Of a stretch of DNA of 64,000 nucleotides, positions 52,987 to 64,000 are shown piece by piece. The stretch lies in contig CM119271.1 in NCBI GenBank assembly GCA_051294375.1, positions 13,383,039 to 13,447,038 on the forward strand, in the 5' to 3' direction. Position 1 is the first letter of the stretch. Each line of letters opens with the position of its first letter. The notes beneath the pieces were generated by a model. That model saw nothing but the letters and a program-made list of their open reading frames with translations, was not told where the DNA came from and did no database searches. A program made the position numbers and the translations under genes. Source of the DNA: Paraspadella gotoi. Its lineage: Eukaryota; Animalia; Chaetognatha.

Positions 52987-55900
52987 TAACTCCCCCCAAA
53001 ACAAATTTTAAATGGCAAATAGATGAGTAAAGGCCTAAATAATTGCAGCTAGCCAAATGATCACATTAAGCAGTAGTACAAATAATCTCAATAGTTATAA
53101 ACAGTATTACAATTTGATCACATATAGATAAATTTAAGAAAAGTAAATAATAGGACAAAAAAATTTAATCTGCGCTGCAATCTAATATAAAAAAACGTAA
53201 ACAAAAACAAAATTGTTTGAAAATAAGTTCGAAAACTGCCGGCAAACAGTTCGAGAATAAAATGTTAAATTAATTATATACATATATATTGAAACCAATA
53301 TGGGTAAACAAACATCAAATAAACATTTCCACGCAAATTATGGCAGTCAGTTCACGGGCCCCCAAAATCTATTTTTGATCTTATTTTTCATATCTTTCCT
53401 TCAAACATCCAAATCAATTTTAATCGATCTCATCGCCGTCCACAATATTTCGAATATAAAGAACTCATCCTGCTCTTCCTGCCTCCCAACCCGAAAATGT
53501 AAGTGTACGGATCAGTCTATCATCCTCTTTAAAGGTGCGCAAATTATAATTAAGTCATCAATTTCAATAAGGAATAATCGTTTCATAATTTTAATTTAAG
53601 TTCAAAAACTACTTGGTCGTCTTGTTGCATTGTCATTGTCTGCTGCATTGCTCATTGGCATCGTCGCCCTTCAAAGATCGTCGTTGTGATCGGAGGTTAA
53701 GAGAAAGGTGCAAATTAATTCAGTGCCGAAACATGCAAAAATCAATTTAAATCGAAATGAAAGAGTGCGAACAGATTCGTGCAAACAGCGTTATTTTGAA
53801 GTTAAAAGGCGTGCAAAAATTTCAGGAATTCGGTCCAGTCAAAGTATCTTTGTCTGTCCCTTACTCTGCTCTATCATTGCACAAGAATAAGAAGCGTCCG
53901 TCGCGCCTCAGCGCAAATCGAAAACCAAAATCGCGGACATCGAAGATCACTCCAAATTTAGGTAAACCCATTCGAATGTTTATTTCAATGTAAACACCCG
54001 TTCTTATTTAGGTTCTATAAAAATTCGAATTAAATATTAATGAACTAAATAATAATATTCATATTCTAATTTGTTCAAACCATTATCAGGTTGGTTGACT
54101 CGATCAAAATTTACATTTCAATAATAAATTCTGTTTTACAATTCAGTTAAATTAAATTTAACAAAAATCTGGTATTAGTTAAGAAACTTAGCTAGCATAT
54201 GTATCCTCCAGAAATCGAATAAAACGAGTAGGCGACTTCGATCCGGATCTCTCTTTCTCTCTCTCAACTCTTTCTCTCTCTCTCTCTCTTCCGCGCCTTC
54301 ACGAGTCGTTTACTTCAATCTTTGCTGTAAGATGCTGAAGTAAAATGATTATCAAATATCGGTTCATACGGTGAAGCATAGTGAAGCAGAGTGGAGATCC
54401 TGATTATTATTATTAGTAAGAAAAGAAAATAAAATCGTCGGTCGAATTCTATTAAAAATCCAATGCCCGCTAAAGAAATTGTTTTCTTCCCTCAGTTCAA
54501 TCGGAAGTATTTTAGAATATTTACTTCTAAACAAATGTAAACCAAATTTTCTCTCTCTCGCCGTATAAAATCAATACGACTTTTGTACAAATAGCCAATT
54601 CGATTCCATTCGCTTTTCTGATTTCAATTAAACCGATTCATCTCATTTGTTCCCATTTTTATCTCGACCACTTCAACTTTATTATTATACTAATGTTCAC
54701 ACGCATTGATAATTAGGATTAATTACTATTAAATTTAATAATTAACTAGGTTTAGCTTGTTCTTTTGTAAAATTGAGAGCCGCCGACTTATATCTTCTGT
54801 AATTTCTTGTCATATCATCGCGAAAGTAAGTCGCCTGTAAACAAAACAAAAAAAAATGTAATGATCGGTCATACGCGAAGCATTTAGTATAAGATGTTTT
54901 CACCGATTCGATTATAGCATATTAATCCCATTAATTTTAATAAATGACTTGCCTAGCCCGTTCCCTTGATAAATGAGAACAAATAATTTTTACAAATGGC
55001 CAAGTAATATTTCAGTATATCAATAATATTTTTACTTTATACATCTCGTTCCCACTCTCTCCAAAACTCATCGCGTGTATTCCGGGTTACCTGGAATGGT
55101 CTCTTTCCCGCTACGAGATGCACGGACTCATGTTTAATGGAGATGTTCGACTTTTCTTCAAAATTGTCGGACCACTTTCGTAAGTCGGGTTCTTTATCTA
55201 ACCATTTCAAAAATTCGAACAGTCAGATTTGATTTAATTCGTTCCGAGTACGCGTTGATGTCTACTGACATACGTACTTTGTTGTTACTTGTACTCAACC
55301 AGTTTTCTTTAAATAGTTCGATCGATCTTTCGTTAAGTCAACTCATTTTACCATCGATCGAAACCAATCCCAATCCATGAGATTCAAATATCTTTAAAGG
55401 CATGAGCGACATCTTCACCGAAGTAGATTTTATCGGTATTAAGAAAGATTCTCTACTGTAAGAATATATATTTATACCTTTCGAGTTTGCTATTCGGACC
55501 CAGCAAATCGCAAGAAGTATTGTCTCGGTGCAAACGGCATTTTATCGATGTGTTTCTCCTTCACGTCGGTTTATGTGTAACTCACACAAATATGACAGTT
55601 TCTGATTCGTCCGAATTCGTCGTCGCATTTCAGCGTAATGTACATTGTCGATATAATTTAAAAACGGTATTTGTAAGTTACAATGCCATAATCGTGTGTA
55701 CTTTCTCGGCCATTCGATCAGCTGCTTAGTATCGGACTAATATTAATAGTTATCGACCTTTCCATGTTTCCTTTACAAATACTAAAAATAATTTGCTGGA
55801 TTATTTATTTTGAAAGCGAGATGTGTCGTAATATCTTAAGTCATTGTGCTCTAAGTGTAAAAGCGTGCCTTTTCGCTGGCGAGTATCGTTATTTATGATC

Positions 55901-58609
55901 CAAGATTTCCACCTTTGATTTCGTCGAAGTCGTTTTTGTAATTTTAGAATTTCGTTTCGCTTCCTAATTGTGTGAAAGCGTTGCAATTCACATCTTTGAA
56001 CTCGAACTTCTTCAATCCGAGTTTCGGTTTGTTGCTAATAAATCATCAGTCGAAGTGAGTTTATCGCTACACTTTTCTTTCTGTCAATAAATCATCGGTC
56101 GAAGTGACGCTTTATCGTACTTTTCTTTGGTATCGTTTAATTGATATATATATTACAGCAGCAGAAGCCATGCTCCGATGAAACTTCACCATTTAGTCTT
56201 ACATTTACAACCTCTCGCAGACCTTACCTTTGGAAAAAACCTCTCGCAAACCTTACTTTGGAAAACTCTGCGCAAACCTTTACCTTTTGGAACTCTCGCA
56301 AACCTTTACCTTTGAAACCTCTCAAACAAACCTTACCTTTGTACACTTGCCCCCCCCCCCCCCCCCCAATCCTGCAGCGATTCGTTTGCTTCTTGAGTTT
56401 CAACCCCTGAGGTGACAGCGGATTCCACCTTCAGATCCAGCGCCCAAAAGATTCTAAAGGGAATATTTCTGAGTCATCTGAATTTATTTAGATATTTTTA
56501 GATTCATTTTTACCAAGGCCCTTCTTTTCCCCCTTTCAAAAATAAATTCATTTCATTTCGTTTCTCCTCAGAGAAAAGGTTTTTGGTAGGCGATTACCTC
56601 ACCCTATTGAAATTCTTAATAACAATATCGCGCCAAAAATATTTTAGCCTCTGACATTTTTGAATTTTTGTCGCTCGCGTTCCAAACTTCTTGATTAATG
56701 ATCGGGGCATGTAAAGTCGACGCGTATTTGAAGACGAACAATTAATGTTATATCTAACTAAGGCCAGTATGAAACTACTCTAGAATCGACAAAAACATAA
56801 GTTTTACAAAAATTTTCGGATTTCGATTTTCAGTTCGGTCTGTCCAGCTACTATATTTAGCTTCTCTGGAGAAACGGAATAAGTAACACCTTTCACCTTT
56901 ATTTCTATGTCATTGAATGCCTTCACATCACCACCTAATAAATTCGGACATTCATTGACCCATACACAGAAAAAAATCGATATAAAATCCTCACTAAATG
57001 ACATCCATTCAATCCACAGCATCACCATTCGCTCTAATATAAATAAAATAAAATTTAAAAAAGAAAGTGGTGCTATCTGAACCGGGCGCGGAGCTCTCAA
57101 TGCGGCACAGTCTACGACAGGAGAATCATAATCCTGGCGGCGGCGGCGGCGGCGGTGCTGCATCGCAGACGCTTTTCGATAATCCCCAAGACGTTGAAAT
57201 TTCCTTTCCGGAAGAGGTTTCCGTACGGCGTCGGCCACGCCCTCACAACGCCCATTTCCGATGATCGGTCGTTGTCGTCTGTAATTCAGGAATAAACGAT
57301 GAAACGAACTCCTAACCATTGTCCGAGAATACAGCGGCGGCAAAGGCGGCTGTGGAATATGGTACTGCGCAAGTGGAGGAACATCGTTGTGTCAGAAAAG
57401 GCTGCAGAACGAGAAAGCAGAACGCAAGGACGCAGCATTCGCTCTCCATCGTGAATTACGCGGCGGAAGCGGAATAATGCTTATCGATTTAACAGTTCCG
57501 ATGTCGTACGCTGCGCGAAGCCGGCGGAAACGCCCAAAATAGTCGTATCTCCCGCGAGGCATCTCTAAAATTTTCAAATGAGTCGCGACGAGTTCGCCCC
57601 TTCGTCGATCGCGGGTTCGATCGCTTGGTCGGCCATGATTCCAATTAACATGTGCAGGACAATGAAATAATCGGTTGTAGCTCTTGAGCAAGCCATCGTG
57701 AATCGTAATCGAAATTCGAAAATCTTTAACGGTCCGCGTTCTGGTTTCCTTGTAATCCTTGGTAAAAGTAAATAGTATAAATTGTTTACTCAGATAATTT
57801 TTCGTTTCTTTAGGTACGCTTTCCCCTCCGCCCAAGGAAGGAAAAATACCGCTTCAACTTGTTTATATTATTTGACACAATTCAAAATACTATCTAACAT
57901 ACCGTGCCATTTTTGTTACACAAATACATTGTTCGTTTCAACCGTGCAAAGATAAACGAAAAAGGAAATTTCATGTATCGAAAAAACAATCTAAATAGGA
58001 ACGGGCAAAAAGAAATAATTAACCAAAACGTCGAAATTATTAAAACATAGATCACATCGTCTTACACTAAATAATCTTTTTAAGTCCAGTTAAAATCCGA
58101 AAACTTAAGTTATCATTAAAAAAAAATCGGTTGAATCGATCGAAAGTCGAGAAAACATTCTTACAAGTCGGAGAGATGCTCTGTTTGCGTGAGAAATTTA
58201 AAGGAAAGAAAACTCGAAAAATCGTTTGTTCCGGATGATGACGGGTCGATTGAGACGTTGAAAATAAAAATATTCGGTCTAACCCATGACTCGTATCAAC
58301 TGATCGTAAAGAAAGTCGTGATCTATTATTTGCTTTAGGTTTAATGTTTTGGTTTTCGAGTAAGAAAGATCCAAAATTGGTTTCTTTTCCAATCATAATC
58401 ATATTCTAATGTCAGACTGAGGCTAAACAAAAACAGAAAAATATACTAAAGTTTAAGAAAAAAATTTCTTTCACTTACAATGCATTTCGTTTCATTGGAA
58501 AAGAAAAAAAAAATCTTATGTTACCCCCTTATCAACTCGGACAAAAACAAATATCCGTACGCACAGCATAACTTCGAGCTGTCCGTTAAGCGAACAACGC
58601 TGGCCACCA

Positions 58610-58977
58610 TGTTGGTAACGTGTCTGTGGCCCTCAAAAGATGACGGATAGAGAGGCTAGATAATACATAATTACTAGTCTTAATTTGAAGTTACCTGAAA
58701 TAATTGTAGATTGCCAAAGTTTGTATTAGAAAATTAAACAGTTGATAAAATATTGCGTCTTAATTCCTGAGATCTAAAAATGGAATGTACTAAAATCCGG
58801 CCTCCCTCTCGTCTCTCTTCCTTTGTTTTATTCATTAGACAAAATGTTACAAATAGGACGCTGAGTTCCTGCGGAATCTATGAAATATGTAAACTTTTGG
58901 AACTAGAAAATTTAGAGAGACAAAAATTGAACGAAAGTTTAATTACTAATTGGAGGCTAATTAAAATATTACTAACA
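58610..58977 (-). repeat. 5' LTR (368 bp)
   Basis: tgttggtaacg...ttactaaca; abuts the PBS. Confidence 0.9.
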
Positions 58978-58979
58978 CT

Positions 58980-61900
58980 TACACAAATTCATTCTTGTGA
59001 AAATTCATTTCGTACAAAAGCATTCTTGTGCATGTATGCATTCCTGTGCAAATGAATTCCTGTGAAAATGTATTCTGTGGCAAATGATTTCTTGTTTCAA
59101 ATTATCTCTGTGCAAATTCATTCAGTAGTAAAGATATCCCTTTGCTAATAGTATAATTCAATGTATTCCTCGTGGAATTCGATACCGCGAGCAGTTTACC
59201 ATCCATTGCACACAAGCGTCCTGAATTTCAGGGTATGAAGATATTATCGCTACACCGTACAATGCATCCTATACAAATTTGTTCCTGTGCAAATGTGTTA
59301 CTGTGCAAATACATTCCCTGTATGCAAATGTATTCCTGTGCAAATGTATTTCTGTGCAAATTCATTCAGTTGCAAAGTTATCCATTTCAAATGTTTTCTG
59401 TGCCAATGTATTCCTGTACAAAGTATTCCTGTGTAAATTGTTCTTGTGCAAATGTTGTTCCTGTGAAAATGCATCTGCTGCAAATTTGGTCCTTGTGCCA
59501 AATGTGTTACTGTGCAAATCATTCCTGTGCCAAATTGTATTCCTGTGCAAAAGTATTCTTGCTGCAAAATTTTCTGTGCAAATTCATTCAGTTTGCAAAG
59601 TTATCCCTTTTCCAATGTTTCATGTGCAAATGTATTCCTGTTCTCAAATGGTATTCCTCTGTAAATTGTTCTTGTGCAAATGTGTTCCTGTGCAATGCCA
59701 TTCCAGTGGCAATATTTTTCCTGTGCAAATGTATTCCTGAGCAAATGTAATTCCTGGCAAATGTATTCGGTACAAATGCATTCCTGCTGCAAATGTATTC
59801 CTGTGCAAATTGTTCCTGTCAAATGTGTCCCTGTGCAAAAACATTTTTATGAAAATGCATTCCTGTACAAATTCATTCCTTGAGCAAATTCATTCTTGTA
59901 CAATTTATTCCTATGCCAATTCATTCCTATGCAAATTTATTCCCTGTGCCCATTCCTGGCAAATTATCCCTGTGCAAATTTATTCTGTACAAATTCATTC
60001 CTGTGCAAATTTAATCCTTGTGCAAATTCAATCCTGTGCAAATTCTTCCATTACAAATGTATTCTGTACCAATGATTCCTGCCAAATTATTTCTCAAAAT
60101 GGATCCTGTGCAAATTTATTACCTGTTAAAATTGCATTCCTGGCTAATTCATTCCTGTGCAAGAATGATTTTGCACAGGAATGATTTTTGCACACGAATG
60201 AATTTGCACGTGGAATGAAATGTGCACAGCGAATGAATTAAGGGGGTGAAACTTAGGCAAAGATTTTTTACTTAAAACAGGTAATAACAAATTCTTGGTA
60301 CCTAGTAGCTTAACTGAATAAAAGTAGGCAATTTTTTAATTGAGGAAAGGAATTAGTTGCATAAGAATACATTTGTAAAAGAAATAATTGCGTAACAGAA
60401 ATTTAATTTGCCCACAGGAATACACTTTTTATATAACAGAATAATTTGCGACAGGTGATTGAATTTGGCACAAGTAATGAATTTGCACAGAAATGTGTTG
60501 TACATTTTGTACAGGAATAAATTTGAACAAGAATGCCTTTGCACTGAATACTGCGTGGAAACTTTTAGCAAAGGAATAAACTTGTGGCAACAGAATTGAT
60601 TTGCACAGGGATTGAATTGCCAAGGAAGGAATTGCCACAAGAATGTATTTGGACACAAGAATAAATTATCACAGGATTGAATGTGCACAGGAATGGAATT
60701 TGTAGAGGATGAATTTGCACAGGAATGAATTTGCATAGGAATAAATTTGGAACAAGGAATAAATTTGCACAGAATACAAATTGAACACAGGAATGAATTT
60801 GCATAGAAGAATTTGCAACAGGAATAAATGTGCAAGGAATACATTTGCACAAAATTTATTCCTGTGATTTGCAACTCATTCCTGTTTAAAGAATTTATTC
60901 CTGTGCAAATTTATTTTTCTGCAAATTCATACCTGTGCAAATTCAATCGTAGCTGCAAATTTATTCCTGTGCAAATTCAATCTGCGGTTCAAATCATTAT
61001 CTGCTGCAACTTCCTTCTTGGAGCAAAATTCAATCCTTGTGGCAAATTCATTCCTGGTGCCAAATTCATTCCTGTACAATTCATTCCTGTGCAAATTCAT
61101 GTCCTGTGCAAAATTTCATTCCTGTGCAAAATTCAATCCTGTTGCAAAAATTCCAATTCCTTTGTTTTGCCCAAAAAAAAAAATTTTTTTGCTTCCATAC
61201 AAATGCTACTCCCTGTACAAAATTAATTCCTGTGCAAATTTATTCCGGCACCCTCTGCAGGCGAGAATTCATCCTGTTGAAATTCATTCCTGCAAATTCA
61301 TTCCTGTGCAAATTCAGAATCCTGTGCAAATTCTGTCCATATAACCAAATGTACTCTGTAACAAATTAATTCCTGTGCAATTCATTCCTGTACAAATTCA
61401 TCCTGTGCAAATGTCATTCCTGTGCAAATTCGAGTCCGTACAAAATTCGTTCCTGTGACAAATTTGATTCCTGTACAAATTCATTCCTGTCAAATTCGAT
61501 TCTGTGCAAAATTCAATCCTGTGCCAAATTCTTCATTACAATGTACTCCTGTACAAAATTCATTCCTGTGCAAATTCATTCCTGTGCCAAATTCATCCTG
61601 TACAAATTCATTCCTGTGCAAATTCATTCCTGTACAAATTCTTCCTGTGCAAATTCATGTCCTGTGCAAATCAATCCTGTGCAAATTCTTCGATTACAAA
61701 TGTACTCCTGACAAATAATCCTGTGCAGATTCATTCCTGCTGCAAATTCAGTTACCTGCTGCAAATTCATTCCTGTGCAAATATCAATCTGTGCAAATTC
61801 TTCCCACACTACAAATGTACTCCTGTACAAATTAATTCCTTCAAATTCGATTACCTGTACAATTCATTGCCACAGCACCGTGCAAATCATTCCTGTGCAA

Positions 61901-62217
61901 TTCATTCCTGTGACAAATTACTTCCTGTGCAAATGCAATTCCTGTGCAAACTCGAGAATCCTGTGTCAAATTCTCCATTACAAATGTACTCCTGTACAAA
62001 GTCAATTCCTGTGCAAATTGCATTCACTGTGCAAATCATGTCCTGTGCAAATTTCTTCAATTACAAATGTACTCCTGTACAAATTATTGTGTAGCAAATT
62101 ATTTCTTTTAAAATGTATTACTACACAAATTCATTCTTGTGAAATATTCATTTCTGTCACAAAAGCAGTCTTTGCAATATGCATATCCTGCTGCAAATGA
62201 ATTCCTGTGAAAATGTA
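58980..62217. repeat. 16-bp satellite (aaattcattcctgtgc)n with an internal inverted block (~60160-60840)
   Basis: Plus orientation ~58980-60160 and ~60850-62217; reverse orientation (gcacaggaatgaattt) ~60160-60240 and ~60350-60840. It generates the C/F/I/P/V/Q-rich ORFs. Confidence 0.95.
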
Positions 62218-64000
62218 TTTGTGCCGAATAGTCGAGATGTTGCTTGATGACGTATTTTGACTCTAGAAACCGATTGTTTACACTCGTCTCGAGGCAGATA
62301 GAAGTTTCACTTTAGGCCTGTTGATCAAGAGAACGCGGAGCCGGCGGGATGAAAATAACAAAGTTGTAGTTTGGTGATTCCGGTCAAGTGCTCACTTGCC
62401 TGATTAGGTGAGCTATTTAATGAAATGAACATTAAATTGATGATTATTGAAAACTTTACATTGTGAAGGTTTTAACTCCACTACATTACTTTCCACAATA
62501 CAATACTTGTACGTTTCTAACACTAGCATTTGTGACTTGAAAGACAGAATTAAATTAGGTCTTCGAAAAATAGCCTATGTTTACTTTATTATTCAAAACT
62601 AAAATGTGCTTTGGGGGGACATTGGGCTAAAAATCGAGAGCCCGCCGAAATAGGATGACCGTGTGTAGGTCTACCGAACTTTCAGCTGAAAATTTAATAT
62701 GACCTTGGCGAATAGTTTATACGTCGTCGGCGAGAGATACTGGTTTCTGCGAAGGGAGAAATTTTTTGGGAAAAAAAATTTTAGCAAAGTTCATTATGGA
62801 CCGTCGAACGCCAACTATTTACTGAGACGTAACTTAAACTGAATCATTCCGGTACGAGGAAGCCGTCGGAGAATGAACGACGATCGAGAGGAGCGGGAGG
62901 AAGATCGCAGAAACCATCCGAAGCCATCGCCGAATATGAGTATGACGAGGCCTACGCCGCCCGGCGATGGCATGAGTGAACCTTGGCAGATAAAAGGCCA
63001 TTTTAACTAGTTTGCAAAAGGTGATGAATACTCATTGCTCATTTCTTAATGAATTTACAACGCGAAATTAAATAAATTTCCTGTTGAATACAAAAAGGCC
63101 AAGGTTGCAGCTCTCGCGTTCGAGCCGTTCTAAAAGCTAACGCGGAGCGCGGGAGAACGAGTTTGGACGTTATTTCATGAACTGTCCACAATTTATTGCA
63201 TGCACCCTTTATTTGAAAACGCGATACGCGTGCGTTAGTTTTTGACAATAATTCACGAGATCGGTACAGAATGTTTTACGTAAATTGTCCTGTTATTTCA
63301 TTCAAAGAGTTAAGGTTATGCATCCAGGTTAGGACTAGAAAGGCAAGGAGGTTGTCACTATGCCTGCACCATTAAATGGCATGCCACAGGTTGAGATAAG
63401 AGAAGGCATCGAATTGAGAGAAAGAAGATTGAGAATTAAGAAAGAAGGATAGAGATGGGAGGAAGAAAAAAAAAGTGGCGAAACTGAATCGTTATGGTGG
63501 GAGGAATTTCGGGCAGTAGTACGGACGTCGACCACAAGAGACGAGATAGAAAGAAAAGCTGTGGAGGGTCTCGACGCGCCGTACACAAGGGAAAAAATAG
63601 GCGCTGAGCTTCGCGCAGATAAGATTCTGTGGATGAACAGTATCGCCGTGCTTGGCTCCCGCGCCGAGTAGTTCCCACGCTGCCGCAAAAAAAATAACGT
63701 CGCCGGGTTCTCCCATCACCGGAGTATAGTTATGCCGTCGTTTTCCGCCGTCGTTAGCCCATGGCGAAGGCTGGACGCCGACGCCGATCCCTTCCGCCAG
63801 TAGTTCGGGAACAAGCTGTTGAGATTCCGAAGTATTTCTGTTGAGAGCTGCAGCTGGAGGTTGCTGATGAAGGATGCAAAGAAGGCGGAAAAAGTAGTTG
63901 CTGAAGAAGTTTCGGAAAAAGTGTGGAAGGAAGTTGCTGTAAGATGTTGCGAAGATGTTGCAAGAGGTTGCGGGAAGAGATCGCGAGAAAAAAATTGCGG
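62218..64000 (+). other. Unique sequence abruptly replacing the satellite, with a disrupted charge-rich reading frame at ~63340-64000; possibly another retroelement
   Basis: The satellite stops at 'gaaaatgtatt|tgtgccg'. The plus frame reads MPAPLNGMPQVEIREGIELRERRLRIKKEG*RWEEEKK...WWEEFRAVVRTSTTRDEIERKAVEGL. No diagnostic motif recognised. Confidence 0.25.

Larger units (their letters stand above)
52624..58977 (-). mobile_element. Gypsy-like LTR retrotransposon (~6.35 kb), degenerate, apparently lacking RT and RNase H
   Basis: Direct LTRs at 52624-52986 and 58610-58977, both TG...CA. PBS tggtggc(c)agcg (tRNA-Leu type) at 58598-58609 and PPT ggggggag at ~52990-52997, both on the minus strand. 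TSD ctac (52620-52623) / c(t)tac (58978-58982). Integrase zinc-finger-like H..GH...CHIC at ~55570-55710 and a weak protease-like stretch at ~56750-57050. Confidence 0.88.

Noticed and set aside
59172-62200. Cys-rich repetitive ORFs resembling metallothionein or keratin-associated proteins
   Set aside because: They are translations of the 16-bp satellite in all frames and on both strands.
62555-62570. 'taggtcttcgaa' as a BEL/Pao-type PBS after a putative LTR starting at 62218
   Set aside because: The match is poor, there is no CA LTR end next to it, and no second LTR lies within the window.

Overview
Repeat-rich eukaryotic (probably invertebrate) genomic DNA, AT-rich and full of (GA)n and (GTC/GAC)n microsatellites. 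Almost all listed ORFs are microsatellite artefacts. The large-scale structure is a ~5 kb tandem duplication (1-4968 / 4969-~9640) and three fold-back inverted duplications (centre ~14.5 kb; centre ~22.35 kb; arms ~32.4-38.9 kb and ~45.9-52.3 kb). In each, at least one copy is indel-noisy, and three gaps are exactly 25 N, so these most likely come from gap-filling with uncorrected or chimeric long reads. Real content I can support: (1) a two-exon gene, missed by the ORF track, for a 100-aa secreted Cys-rich and probably GPI-anchored protein (1214-1684); (2) the 3' part of VPS41 (~39.3-41.0 kb, frameshifted); (3) a DIRS-type retrotransposon with RT, RNase H, MT-like and truncated YR regions (~42.1-45.9 kb), preceded by a 1-kb element sharing its terminal motif; (4) a Gypsy-like LTR element (52624-58977) with a Leu PBS and 4-bp TSD but no recognisable RT, inserted in a 16-bp satellite; (5) two decayed paralogous relics resembling the Polinton/Maverick polB N-terminus; (6) a dispersed MITE-like family with telomere-like interiors; (7) a 3'-half tRNA-Leu; (8) several minisatellites. 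I found no convincing novel multi-gene system. All protein-family calls are by eye, and boundaries marked ~ are approximate.
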